Assembly (NCBI GenBank): GCA_046484745.1
Contig: JAWOIJ010000024.1
Coordinates: forward strand, 2,787-66,786
From: Desulfobacterales bacterium
Lineage (GTDB): Bacteria > Desulfobacterota > Desulfobacteria > Desulfobacterales > SURF-7
Length of the DNA: 64,000 bases
Direction: 5' to 3'
The notes below the pieces were generated by a model. That model did not search any database. It was not told the origin of the DNA and saw only the letters and a program-made list of their open reading frames with translations. Both the position numbers and the translations under genes were made by a program. Shown here piece by piece: positions 49,157-58,984 of this stretch (positions are counted from its first letter, which is position 1; every line of letters starts with the position of its first letter).

Positions 49157-51295
49157 ATGAACACGAATGAGCTGAAACAAGATGATGGTTCGGGAATGGA
49201 AGCCGCCGGCAGAAAGCATATCATTTATCGGCCGATCAATGGCGGAAATCATAAAAAAAAGCGTGTTGAAGAAAAACCATTCCACATGATCAAATCCTCC
49301 TCGAAGGAGAGCAGGATCGGTCGCAGAAATGTCGGCAGTCGGGAGCAATTGGTCGACATTCTCAACCTGATCAACTTCCAGGACGGTACGATACGCGCCA
49401 GTTTCAGACATAAAAAATTCAACCGCTCCATTGCACGCAGTGTATATACAAAAATGTGCCACGGCAGCAGGCTGGACTGTGTTTGGGCAAACAAGACCGG
49501 AATACAGCAGATCATCAAATCGTATACCTTTCAGAGTCTTCTCATAAACGACGGCAACAATCTTCTCCTTGTCAATCCTGAACTGATCGACATCGACATG
49601 CATGGCGTCAGCTTCGCCCTCCCGAACACCTATTCGGAAATCGGGAAACGAAAAGTCAAAAGGCACGCCTGTACGGGCATAGACGTTCAGATGTTTCAGA
49701 ACGGCTCATTTTTTAATGGAACCCTGTCGGACTTCAATCCCCTGACCTTCAAGGTCGTGAGTGAAATCAACGGTCAGCATTCCTCCGCGGGCATCAATCC
49801 GGATGCCCGAATCAACCTGATCTTTTCTTCTGCGGGTGAATCCCTCTATTCCAGTGAATGCAGGATATTAAGACAGAATGGCGGCCCCAAAGCCAAAACG
49901 TACATTTTTGAACCGATAACGCACCAGATTCAAAAATTCAAACCCGGTGAATACCGCAGCTCGCGGCTGGCGCTTATTCCCACACCGGATATCATCTTTC
50001 AGCACCCATTTACCGGAAAGATGTTCAGCCGCAAAGTCCTGGACATTTCCGGTTCAGGGGTTGCCGTAGAAGAAGCAGAAGAAAGCGCGGCTCTTTTACC
50101 CGGCATGATCATACCGAAACTTCAAGTGGGTTTTGCAGGCGGCCTCGCGCTTACATGCAGAGCGCAGGTTGTATATCGAAAACTTTCCGGAAAAAACAAC
50201 ACGGGCAACCTTGTAAAATGCGGAATTGCAATCATCGACATATCCCCGTTGGATCATATGAAACTTCTGGCCATTCTCAGTCAGGCCGAGAACAAAAATT
50301 CCTATATTGACAACAAGATCGATATCGATGCTTCATGGGATTTCTTTTTTAAAGCAGGAAGCATCAAGCCGGCGGAATACGCAGTCCTGAAAGCGGATAA
50401 AGAAAACATCAAAAACACCTATAAAAAGTTATACGACTGCAATCCGGATCTGGCCAGACATTTTATATACCAGACCGATGATACCATAAAAGGGCACATG
50501 GCCATGGTGCGCTTCTATGAAAATTCATGGCTTATTCATCATGAAGCCGCTGGATCGCCTATCATCGAAGCACGGCTGGGGGTACTGAACCGAATTGCAC
50601 AGTTTATACATGATTCTCACAGATTCTCTTCTATCCATATGGATTTTGTGATGAACTATTTTGATAAAAGCAACAAGTTCAGTGATCTGGTTTTCAAGGG
50701 TGCTGCCTCTAAAATAAATGATCCAAAAGGCTGCTCCCTGGATTCATTCGGGTATTTTCGATACCGGGAATCCTACGCGGACATGAAGCGTCTCTCCGAA
50801 CCATGGCGGCTGACCAAAACGCTTCCTCAGGACTTGATGGAACTGAAAAACTCATACCATATCGGATCAAAAGGCCTCATGCTCGAGGCGCTCGACCTGC
50901 TGCCTGACAGAAACCAAGGCCGCGGACTCTCCGAAGAATATCAAAAACTGGGTTTAAAAAGGGGAAAATATCTGCTGTCGCTGAGAAAGGCGGATGTGCT
51001 CAAGGCTGTAATCCTCATCAATGTATCGGACATCGGCCTTACGCTTTCAAACATGACAAGCTGCATCAAGGTTTTTATTCCGGACCAGGAATACCTTCCC
51101 CAGGAAATTCTGTATTCCGCGCTTTCCCGGATTCTTGCGAAAGTCGAACGCAGCGAAATTCCCGTACTTCTTTTTCCCCATGAATACGCAATCCAGCAGT
51201 CCATTGCCATTGAGAAAGAGTATTACCTGTGGATTCTGAACACGCAGTATTCCGATCAGTTCTTCAGCCATATCAAGCAGCTTGTCAAACAATAA
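49157..51295 (+). CDS. Large PilZ-domain-containing protein
   Basis: RKVKR, and RSSR..DISGSG PilZ-like motifs; C-terminal region unassigned; start uncertain. Confidence 0.7.
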   Translation: MNTNELKQDDGSGMEAAGRKHIIYRPINGGNHKKKRVEEKPFHMIKSSSKESRIGRRNVGSREQLVDILNLINFQDGTIRASFRHKKFNRSIARSVYTKMCHGSRLDCVWANKTGIQQIIKSYTFQSLLINDGNNLLLVNPELIDIDMHGVSFALPNTYSEIGKRKVKRHACTGIDVQMFQNGSFFNGTLSDFNPLTFKVVSEINGQHSSAGINPDARINLIFSSAGESLYSSECRILRQNGGPKAKTYIFEPITHQIQKFKPGEYRSSRLALIPTPDIIFQHPFTGKMFSRKVLDISGSGVAVEEAEESAALLPGMIIPKLQVGFAGGLALTCRAQVVYRKLSGKNNTGNLVKCGIAIIDISPLDHMKLLAILSQAENKNSYIDNKIDIDASWDFFFKAGSIKPAEYAVLKADKENIKNTYKKLYDCNPDLARHFIYQTDDTIKGHMAMVRFYENSWLIHHEAAGSPIIEARLGVLNRIAQFIHDSHRFSSIHMDFVMNYFDKSNKFSDLVFKGAASKINDPKGCSLDSFGYFRYRESYADMKRLSEPWRLTKTLPQDLMELKNSYHIGSKGLMLEALDLLPDRNQGRGLSEEYQKLGLKRGKYLLSLRKADVLKAVILINVSDIGLTLSNMTSCIKVFIPDQEYLPQEILYSALSRILAKVERSEIPVLLFPHEYAIQQSIAIEKEYYLWILNTQYSDQFFSHIKQLVKQ

Positions 51296-51307
51296 TCGAA
51301 CCGGTTT

Positions 51308-52066
51308 CTACGCCAGCATTCCCCCGTCACATGTGATGCATGAGCCGGTTGTAAAGGAGGAGGCCTCCGAAACCAGGTACAGAACGGCACCTGCCATTTC
51401 CGAGGGAGCTGCTTCTCTTCCCAGAGGAATCTGCTGAACGATATACTTATAGATCTCATCGTTATCAAGCATGACCTTTGAAAAATTTGTTCTTGTAAAA
51501 CCGGGAAGCAGCGCGTTCACACGGATATTCTTTGGAGCCAGTTCCTTTGCATAGGCCTTGGTCATTGAGATCAGTCCGGCTTTGGTAATGGAATATATTC
51601 CCTGCATAGGTGCCGGCCGGATGCCGTTCACAGACGCCACATTCACAATCGCCCCGCCGCCCGCATTTATCATCAACGGTACGGAATGCTGAATCATAAA
51701 AAACGGACCTTTTAAATTAACGGCAAGGGTCTTATCCCAGGCCCATTCTTCCGCACCGAGCATTTCTCCAAAATAGGGGTTGGCAGCCGCATTATTGACC
51801 AGGATATCGAGTTTCCCGAATTTTTTTTTCACTTCATCAAAAAGCGACCGGATCTGACCCATGTCGCTCATGTTACACTCGATGGTTGTAGCGTTTCCGC
51901 CCTTCTCGGTTATCTTGTCGGAAACCTGATTCAAGGCATCGATTTTGCGACTTGCAAGAATGCAGTGCGCGCCGTTTTCAGCCAGCGTGTATGCGATTGC
52001 TTCTCCAATTCCTCTGCTGCCTCCGGTGATTAACGCAATTTTGCCGTTTAAGGAAAAATTTATCAT
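51308..52066 (-). CDS. Short-chain dehydrogenase/reductase
   Basis: TGGSRGIG, NNAA, YSITK. Confidence 0.93.
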   Translation of the reverse strand: MINFSLNGKIALITGGSRGIGEAIAYTLAENGAHCILASRKIDALNQVSDKITEKGGNATTIECNMSDMGQIRSLFDEVKKKFGKLDILVNNAAANPYFGEMLGAEEWAWDKTLAVNLKGPFFMIQHSVPLMINAGGGAIVNVASVNGIRPAPMQGIYSITKAGLISMTKAYAKELAPKNIRVNALLPGFTRTNFSKVMLDNDEIYKYIVQQIPLGREAAPSEMAGAVLYLVSEASSFTTGSCITCDGGMLA

Positions 52067-52130
52067 GGTTCTACCTCATGTTGATTATGTTGGTTTTAAG
52101 AAAAAATGAAACCGCATCGTGCTCGACCGG

Positions 52131-53198
52131 CTATAAATCCGATTTCTCAATGAGCTGCATCGCTGCCCGTTCAAGGATGACAACAGCCCCGATGAGCATC
52201 GCAAATCGCTTATCCCTGGTCTGTCCGTGATAATACCGGTAGTATATCTGCTGCGCGATACCGGCCAGTTTAAAAAGACCGAAGCAAAAATAAAAATCTA
52301 TTGAGTCAATCTTTCTTCCGGAAAGTTCCAGGTAATACTCAACCAGTTCCTTCCGGGTCATCATCCCCTCTTCCGTTGTCGGCATCATGCGTGTCAACTG
52401 GAGTTCCGGAGAATCATTTCGATCGACCCAATACGCGAGGGAGGAACCCAGATCCATTAACGGATCACCAATGGTTGCCATTTCCCAGTCCAGGATTCCG
52501 ACGATTTCAAGTGGATTGTCCGGGCTTAAAACAACATTATCGAATTTATAGTCATTATGAATGATGCAGGGCCGTTTCGACTCCGCCGGCATCTTTTCCT
52601 GCAGCCATTGCATTACCTTTTCAAAATCCGGAGCATCATCGGTTTTCGCATCCCGATACCGTGAACTCCATCCTTCGACCTGGCGTTTGACATACCCTTC
52701 GGGTTTTCCATATCCATCAAGGCCTATTTCCTTATAATCGATGCAGTGGAGCTGATTCAGTATCCGGATAAAATTTTTACACAGACCGTCGGCATCTTCC
52801 GGCGCGAAGGAAAGGCCTTCCGGGAGATCCTTCCGAAGGATGATGCCGGGAATCCGTTCCATCACATAAAAAGGGCATTCCATGATGTCCGTGTTCTCGG
52901 AATAGGCAAGGGGCTTTGGAGCATATTGAAAAACCGGATGCAACGCATCCAAAATTTTATACTCCCTTGACATATCATGGGCGGTTTTCGCTTTTTTCCC
53001 GAACGGAGGTCTGCGAAGAATCATTTCCTTCTCTCCAACCGTTATCAGGTATGTCAGGTTGGAGAAGCCGCCGGGGAATTGTTTGATGACAAACTCCCCT
53101 TCAAGGCCGGGTATGGTATCTCGCAGAAATGCTTCAACCTTCCGGTTGTCCAGTTCCTCTCCCTCTCTGATTTTGATTGGCGCATCCATGATCGCCAT
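52131..53198 (-). CDS. APH-family phosphotransferase (ACAD10/11 kinase-domain / LvaA-like)
   Basis: GGFSNLTY, LRRPP, AHDMSRE, HNDYKFDN, LDWEMATIGDPLMDLG; SD AAGGAGG. Confidence 0.9.
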   Translation of the reverse strand: MAIMDAPIKIREGEELDNRKVEAFLRDTIPGLEGEFVIKQFPGGFSNLTYLITVGEKEMILRRPPFGKKAKTAHDMSREYKILDALHPVFQYAPKPLAYSENTDIMECPFYVMERIPGIILRKDLPEGLSFAPEDADGLCKNFIRILNQLHCIDYKEIGLDGYGKPEGYVKRQVEGWSSRYRDAKTDDAPDFEKVMQWLQEKMPAESKRPCIIHNDYKFDNVVLSPDNPLEIVGILDWEMATIGDPLMDLGSSLAYWVDRNDSPELQLTRMMPTTEEGMMTRKELVEYYLELSGRKIDSIDFYFCFGLFKLAGIAQQIYYRYYHGQTRDKRFAMLIGAVVILERAAMQLIEKSDL

Positions 53199-53210
53199 GA
53201 TCAAACCTCC

Positions 53211-53903
53211 TTATCTTTCTTGAGCCGGCATGATGAATGTCTCAACAAAGTGAATGATGAAACCGGCATATTCGTCCACGGAAACCTTTCGCCGCGAATA
53301 TTTCCATCTTTTCAAATACCAGTCCTGAAGCATCGGTTTGATCACCGAGGCCATCAGCATTGGATTTTCAACTGAGAAAACTTTCTGTCTGTTGCCCTCT
53401 TCAAAAATATCCATAAATATTTTTTCCGTGAACAGTTCCGATGCAATTGCTTTCTTCTGCTCTTCTTTTTTCATCGTTCGGGTTTCCATGAAAAAAAAGA
53501 TGAACCACTCGGGCATGATCTCGCTGAGATAGAGATGGGACTGTATCGCGGTTCGCAATTTTTTCTGAATGGTTTCAGCCTGTTCAATCATCTCCAGCAT
53601 TACGGTTGATATAAAACGCTGACTCTGCTCCCGGATAATGTTCAGCAGGTCTTCTTTTGTTGAAAAATAGGAATACAGGGCTCCCATCGAAAGACCTGTT
53701 TCCCGGCAGAGATCCCGGAGACTCATTGCAGCAAAACCTTTTTTACTGCTGAGTTTAAGCGTTGCATTATAGATCGTTAAAAGATTTTTAACAGCCCGCT
53801 CTTCTTTTTTGATTTTGATGGACCGGCTGTTCTCATTAAAGATATTACGGCAAATATCTTCACTCGATATGGTCTGCAATTTTCGAAAGTCGTTATAATT
53901 CAT
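53211..53903 (-). CDS. TetR/AcrR family regulator
   Basis: KGFAAMSLRDLCRETGLSMGALYSYFSTKEDL. Confidence 0.9.
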   Translation of the reverse strand: MNYNDFRKLQTISSEDICRNIFNENSRSIKIKKEERAVKNLLTIYNATLKLSSKKGFAAMSLRDLCRETGLSMGALYSYFSTKEDLLNIIREQSQRFISTVMLEMIEQAETIQKKLRTAIQSHLYLSEIMPEWFIFFFMETRTMKKEEQKKAIASELFTEKIFMDIFEEGNRQKVFSVENPMLMASVIKPMLQDWYLKRWKYSRRKVSVDEYAGFIIHFVETFIMPAQER

Positions 53904-53925
53904 GGAACCGGTTTCTTCTTGTAGT

Positions 53926-55140
53926 TTACTTTACCTTGTCGGCTTTTTTCTGAGCTTCAGTAAGCAGCCGTTTGCCCAGCATGAGACGATGAACCTCATC
54001 CGCGCCATCATAAATCCGCGCTGCGCGTTCATGGCGGTAGAAATAGGACAGGATGGTGTCATCCGACATCCCAAGACCGCCGTGTACCTGCAAAGCCCTG
54101 TCAATGACACGCTGCATGGTATTGGCCACCACGACTTTAATCATGGAGATGTCATTTCTCGCGGCACTGGCCCCGACCGTTTCAATCCGCCATGCCGCAT
54201 AAAGGGTCATGAGTCTTGCTGCCTGTATCTCGGCGGCTGAATCCGCAACCCAGTTTTTTATCGTCTGCTGCGTGGCGAGGGTTTTGCCGTCAGGTGTGAT
54301 CTGCCGCTCATTGGCCCGTTTACACATGAGATCATAGGCGCGATTGCAGATACCGAGCCACCTCATGCAGTGATGTATCCTTCCGGGTCCGAGACGATCC
54401 TGCGCAATCACAAAGCCGTGCCCTTCAGGGCCCAGAAGATTCTCACGGGGAACCCGGCAGGACTGGTAAATAATTTCCGCATGACTGGCATAATCGCTTC
54501 CGACATGCCCCATGATCGAAATATTTCGAACCAGGTTAAAGCCGGGGGTATCGGTAGGAACAATAATCATGCTGGCATTCAGGTACTTGGGTGCGTCCGG
54601 ATTCGTTACCGCCATTACAATCGCAAATTTTGACCCATCAGCAGAACTCGTATACCATTTATGCCCGTTAATTAAATAATTATCCCCATCTTTGACAGCG
54701 GTCGTTTCCAGCATCACCGGATTGGAGCCCGGCATATTGACTTCCGTCATTGAAAAACAGCTTCGGATTTTGCCTGCGACCAGCGGTGCAAGGTACTTTT
54801 CTTTCTGTTCCTCGGTCCCGTATTTGTGCAGAATCTCGATGTTTCCGGCATCCGGTGCCTGGCAGCCGAAAATATAATGTCCGAGCGGAGTCCGTCCCAG
54901 GGCCTCGGATACGAGCCCATGCTCCACAAGATCAAGCCCCATCCCTCCGTACTCTTTCGGATGGTTCGGAGCCCATAATTCCATTTGCTTGACCATTTTC
55001 CGTTTTTCTTCAAAAATTTTCAGGCCGTCACGAAATTCCATTTTCGTAAACTGAGATTCCATGGGAATCAGCTCTTTATCAACAAACTCATTGATCATTC
55101 CGAGAATGACTTTCATCTTCTCCGATATCGTAAAATCCAT
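53926..55140 (-). CDS. Acyl-CoA dehydrogenase (ACAD10/11 / LvaC-like)
   Basis: CQAPDAGNIE, FSMTE, AQDRLGPGRIHHCMR, RIYDGADEVH. Confidence 0.92.
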   Translation of the reverse strand: MDFTISEKMKVILGMINEFVDKELIPMESQFTKMEFRDGLKIFEEKRKMVKQMELWAPNHPKEYGGMGLDLVEHGLVSEALGRTPLGHYIFGCQAPDAGNIEILHKYGTEEQKEKYLAPLVAGKIRSCFSMTEVNMPGSNPVMLETTAVKDGDNYLINGHKWYTSSADGSKFAIVMAVTNPDAPKYLNASMIIVPTDTPGFNLVRNISIMGHVGSDYASHAEIIYQSCRVPRENLLGPEGHGFVIAQDRLGPGRIHHCMRWLGICNRAYDLMCKRANERQITPDGKTLATQQTIKNWVADSAAEIQAARLMTLYAAWRIETVGASAARNDISMIKVVVANTMQRVIDRALQVHGGLGMSDDTILSYFYRHERAARIYDGADEVHRLMLGKRLLTEAQKKADKVK

Positions 55141-55203
55141 GCTTTCCTCCTTTCTGTTTTCGCGAAACAGATGTTAACCTTTTTGAGTGCCGAAAAAATA
55201 AAT

Positions 55204-55914
55204 TTACCTGTAGGTCACAAGTGCTCTATTCCCATTGATTTCAAGATGCGCATGTTCATTAAAAGACATCAGCATGATCCGGTCATGCGTGCACTTGAAC
55301 CGTGTTACCGAAGTGTTGATGATCTGCCAGTTAAGCTGTATGGCGGAAGAACTGGAAAGGGACAACGCTTTTTGAACAACAACGGAAATCGGGCCACCTG
55401 ATGAAAAGATAGCGATTTTTTTCCCTTTTCCGTCGGATTCCATCACCTGTTGAACGCCATGCTCAACCCTGGCGGCAAACTCCTCCCACCGGACAAGCCC
55501 GGGAATGTTGAAATCACCTGAAACCCATCGCATCATGACTTTTTCAAAAACTTGTTGAAAAGATTTTTTATCGGCAAACATCTTTTCAACACGATGAGAA
55601 AAATCGGGTTCTTCTTCGATAAGAAGCGGTATGATTGCGGTCAGCACGGATTCCGGATCATACTCGTTGAACGCTTCAATCTGCTTCAATTCCGGATAGT
55701 GAATGTGATGTTTTTCGTACATCCGGGTGAATGCTTCGGCTGTCTCGAGATGCCGCTGCAATGTTCCCGAATACAAAACATCGAACCGAAGACCCAGGTC
55801 GAAGAGATAATCGGCAAGAATGCGTGACTGATCAAACCCTCTTTCCGATAGTCTGTCATAGTTTTCTTTTCCAAAAGACGCCTGACCATGTCGTATCATG
55901 AAGATGGTGCTCAT
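55204..55914 (-). CDS. Histidine phosphatase family protein
   Basis: RHGQASFG, LQRH, FNE. Confidence 0.9.
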   Translation of the reverse strand: MSTIFMIRHGQASFGKENYDRLSERGFDQSRILADYLFDLGLRFDVLYSGTLQRHLETAEAFTRMYEKHHIHYPELKQIEAFNEYDPESVLTAIIPLLIEEEPDFSHRVEKMFADKKSFQQVFEKVMMRWVSGDFNIPGLVRWEEFAARVEHGVQQVMESDGKGKKIAIFSSGGPISVVVQKALSLSSSSAIQLNWQIINTSVTRFKCTHDRIMLMSFNEHAHLEINGNRALVTYR

Positions 55915-55980
55915 TTGTTTCCTTTATTAGACGGTTTCCACCCAACTTATCGTATTCTAAAAATATGTCAATAAAAAAAT

Positions 55981-55998
55981 AAAACGAGCGCTCGTTTT
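55981..55998. promoter_or_regulatory. 18-bp perfect palindrome, candidate TetR operator
   Basis: AAAACGAGCGCTCGTTTT, 9 nt upstream of a minus-strand TTGACA (55966-55971). Confidence 0.6.
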
Positions 55999-56156
55999 TT
56001 TAAAGCCCGGCACCCTTTCGGCTGCATGGCATCTGGGCAATGATTCTCCTCGTAACCAATTTTTCAGGTTGCACCAGAAAAAGACAGCCCCGGCAGGAAA
56101 AGGGTCAGGCATCGCAAAGCAAGTTTTGGCAACTGAATCGTGTTGAAAACCGTTTG

Positions 56157-56852
56157 TCAGGGATCAAATAAAAATTCAATGGAATTCAAACCGCCGCTGA
56201 TTTCAAACGTGAGCATCTGGGCAAGGGCATTTAATATCACAATGGCGTTTTTGTCCGCGTCCTTTTTTGCGATACTGCCTGTTCTGTCAAGAATTCCCCG
56301 GTTAACCTGCTGAACCTTGTCATAGTGTTCATCCAGTTTTTCAAGCTCGAGGTCCGGTTTCCGGCCCTTTTTATATTCAAAATACTGCCGGAGCAGATAG
56401 ATTGATGTTGATCGAAAGATGGTTTCCTGAATCGTTGAAAACGGCAGATGGAATCTGGCCATCGGCTTGAAAAAATTCATGATCGGGCAATTACTGGTCG
56501 CCATGATAATGCCAAAGATTGAAAACAGCCCTTCCTGAATCGCGGCTTCCCGAAGATAGGTTCGTTCGGGCGTGATGCATTGAACAACGCAATTATCCGA
56601 AGAAATTTCATCTTTAAACTCTTCAATAAGCTCTGCAATATTGACTGCAATCGGACAGTAGGGAACCGCCTCCTTTGTGATGGGGCAGCAGGCGCACTGA
56701 TGAAACTCCAATTTTGCCCAATCCGGCCTGAGCTCCTTGGTTCTGGAAATAAGGGTAATGGTGTCCGGATCCAGCAGGATATCGAATTGTTTTGTTTTTC
56801 CATTTTCAAACTGGAATTTGTAGGTAATTCGGTATGGTACTTTTTCTTCCAT
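56157..56852 (-). CDS. Cys-rich hypothetical protein (DUF6901-like)
   Basis: WAKLEFHQCACCP..YCP, SNCP, KPMARFHLPF. Confidence 0.7.
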   Translation of the reverse strand: MEEKVPYRITYKFQFENGKTKQFDILLDPDTITLISRTKELRPDWAKLEFHQCACCPITKEAVPYCPIAVNIAELIEEFKDEISSDNCVVQCITPERTYLREAAIQEGLFSIFGIIMATSNCPIMNFFKPMARFHLPFSTIQETIFRSTSIYLLRQYFEYKKGRKPDLELEKLDEHYDKVQQVNRGILDRTGSIAKKDADKNAIVILNALAQMLTFEISGGLNSIEFLFDP

Positions 56853-56874
56853 TCAGACCCCTCTTGAGAAAGGG

Positions 56875-57522
56875 TTACGGTTCAATTTTTTTCAATGCCC
56901 TGGCCAAAGCGTTTTTATGAAGCTCGGCAGCCAGATGGACCGGACTTTTGCCATATATCGGATCCCAGTTCGCAGGATCAGCGGTGCAGAAATACTGCGT
57001 TTCAAGACCCATTGTAATCAATGCCTGATCAGCCGGAAGGTGTAATACTTTTTTTGCAGCCTCCCATGTTGCCCCGCACGGAGCACCTTTCAGGACTTCT
57101 ATACGGACGATCCTATCCTTCTCCATCTTCAATTGAAATTCAGGATTCCCGAACTTTTCACCATATACTCCAAGACAGACCTGCCTTGCAAGTGCGCATC
57201 ATGTCGGAGGTGTGATAACGCCCTCAACCCGGGTTTTTTTACCGGAAGCGACTACCGGAATATTACGCTTTCGGCACATCAGCGCAAGATCGTGCGAAAG
57301 GTCCGGGTGCTGTGTAAAGTCAAGCACCAGATCCGCCTCGATGTTGTCCGGTAAATATTCAACCGCATTGTCAACAACCGGCGGGAGGGAGACATCTATT
57401 GAAATGGTATGGATCTTAAATCGATCCTGTCCATACTTTCGAATGCCCGCGATCTTGCTTTCTCCCCGCTTGCCTTGCTGGAAAACAAGAATAACCTGTT
57501 TTTCATCATTACCGTTTTTCAT
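56875..57522 (-). CDS. DUF166 family selenoprotein (UGA at 57199-57201 read as Sec), 215 aa
   Basis: ORFs 57199-57522 and 56875-57132 are in one frame joined by 22 sense codons: VITPPT-U-CALARQVCLGVYGEKFGNPEF; GAPCGATW; SECIS-like hairpin follows the UGA. Confidence 0.82.
57163..57198 (-). promoter_or_regulatory. Bacterial SECIS-like hairpin
   Basis: UGA-UGCGCACUUG-CAAGGCAG-GU-CUGUCUUG-GAGU; apical GGUC begins 17 nt after the UGA. Confidence 0.7.
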
Positions 57523-57587
57523 CTTTCTGCCATTACATTTTAAAAGGTTCCCATCTTTTGGAAGCGATACACATAATGCAATACCGC

Positions 57588-58973
57588 CTATAAAACAAGC
57601 TCCTGGATAAATCGTGTAAGCTGATTCAGATTCTGACAGGGGCGCACCTCATGACAATACGCCTTGTACAGATTCATTTCGCTGTCGCCGGAATTCCAGA
57701 ATCGTTCCGGCTCCGGATTCAGCCAGACGACCCGACGGCATTTTTCTCTCATCTCACCCAGAATCTGATCCTGAGGATTAAAATGATTTGACCGGCCGTC
57801 ACCGACAATGATCAGGGTCGTTTTTTTATTCAGAACATCCATATAGTTCTTTTTAAAGCGGACAAACGTTTCTCCGTAGTCGGTGAGCGCTTCATAATTG
57901 ATATCCGCTTCTTCCATAACCTTTTCCACCGCTTCATTGATTTCATTTTTTTCAAAAATCTGCGTCACATCGGCAATCTCCGATACAAAGACAAAACTTC
58001 TGACCTTGCTGAAGCAGTCCTGAAGGGAAAATAACATGTTGAGCATAAACCGTGCCGCAGACCAGACCGATCCCGACACATCACAAATGGTAACGATTTT
58101 ACCCTTTCGCGGAGGACGTTTTTTATAAATCACTTCGATGGGTATCCCTTGATAACGGCCTGCCCGTCGCAAGGTTTTTTTGACATCTAAAACACCTCTG
58201 TTTCTGGAAGCCCACCTTCGGGTGATCATGTCATTCATTTTTCGGACAAGCTGCTTGATAACCTCGCGCATTTCCTCTACTTCGCGTTGAGAAAGAGAAG
58301 AAAAGAATTTTTCTCCAAGGCCCTTCTTTTCGTCAGCCCCGGTATCCAGCCGTTTCAGGCTTTCATTGTCGGGCTTCACTTCTTCTGTCAGCATGTTCAA
58401 TGCCTTGTCAAGCCGCTGGTTGAAAAATTCAGATGCTTTCCGTTCTGACCCGCTGCCGGCCACTCCGGATTTTCCTTCCATAAACCGCATGATTCTGCTT
58501 CTTGTCCGGTTGATCGCAAGCATAATCTCAAGACGTCCGGACAAACCGCTCAGATTGGACTTGAGGATCTGTGAAGAAACCTCCTCCTGATTTTTCAGCT
58601 GCTGCAGTTTTTCAAGAAACAACAGCGGGTCTCCGGACAGGAAATCAACAAGTGCTTCTTCAAGAGAATTTCCCTTTTCTTCATCGCGCAGCCTGTTCAG
58701 AATTTCCTCATGCAAACCAGGCCCTTTTGTTTCCATATTCATTGCGTCAAGCGCTGGTGTCAGAGAATGGAAATACAGGGCGTACAGCATTTCAAAATGG
58801 CTTTGATCTCGACGGGTTTTTACAAAATTGGTGTTCAAAACCGCCTTGAACTGTGATTCATCCGTCAGGTTGATCAGGTTTAGCTGGGATATGCAGTCAA
58901 GTACTTCCGAAGTGGATATTTTTAAATCCGACGTTCTGCACACGGATACAAATTTAAGGATCAGATCAACCAT
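57588..58973 (-). CDS. VWA domain protein, CoxE-like
   Basis: CDVSGSV MIDAS, TDYG, GDGRSN, WLNPEP. Confidence 0.88.
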   Translation of the reverse strand: MVDLILKFVSVCRTSDLKISTSEVLDCISQLNLINLTDESQFKAVLNTNFVKTRRDQSHFEMLYALYFHSLTPALDAMNMETKGPGLHEEILNRLRDEEKGNSLEEALVDFLSGDPLLFLEKLQQLKNQEEVSSQILKSNLSGLSGRLEIMLAINRTRSRIMRFMEGKSGVAGSGSERKASEFFNQRLDKALNMLTEEVKPDNESLKRLDTGADEKKGLGEKFFSSLSQREVEEMREVIKQLVRKMNDMITRRWASRNRGVLDVKKTLRRAGRYQGIPIEVIYKKRPPRKGKIVTICDVSGSVWSAARFMLNMLFSLQDCFSKVRSFVFVSEIADVTQIFEKNEINEAVEKVMEEADINYEALTDYGETFVRFKKNYMDVLNKKTTLIIVGDGRSNHFNPQDQILGEMREKCRRVVWLNPEPERFWNSGDSEMNLYKAYCHEVRPCQNLNQLTRFIQELVL

Positions 58974-58984
58974 ATTTCAGATGT

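Noticed and set aside
56080-56140. c-di-GMP-I riboswitch (contains cgcaaagc)
   Set aside because: Lacks the GGCAAAC P1/P2 and GAAA tetraloop architecture and is antisense to the flanking genes
56875-57522. Two separate genes or a nonsense pseudogene
   Set aside because: Same frame, the only interruption is a UGA next to a Cys codon, and a SECIS-like hairpin follows; Sec read-through is the simpler reading
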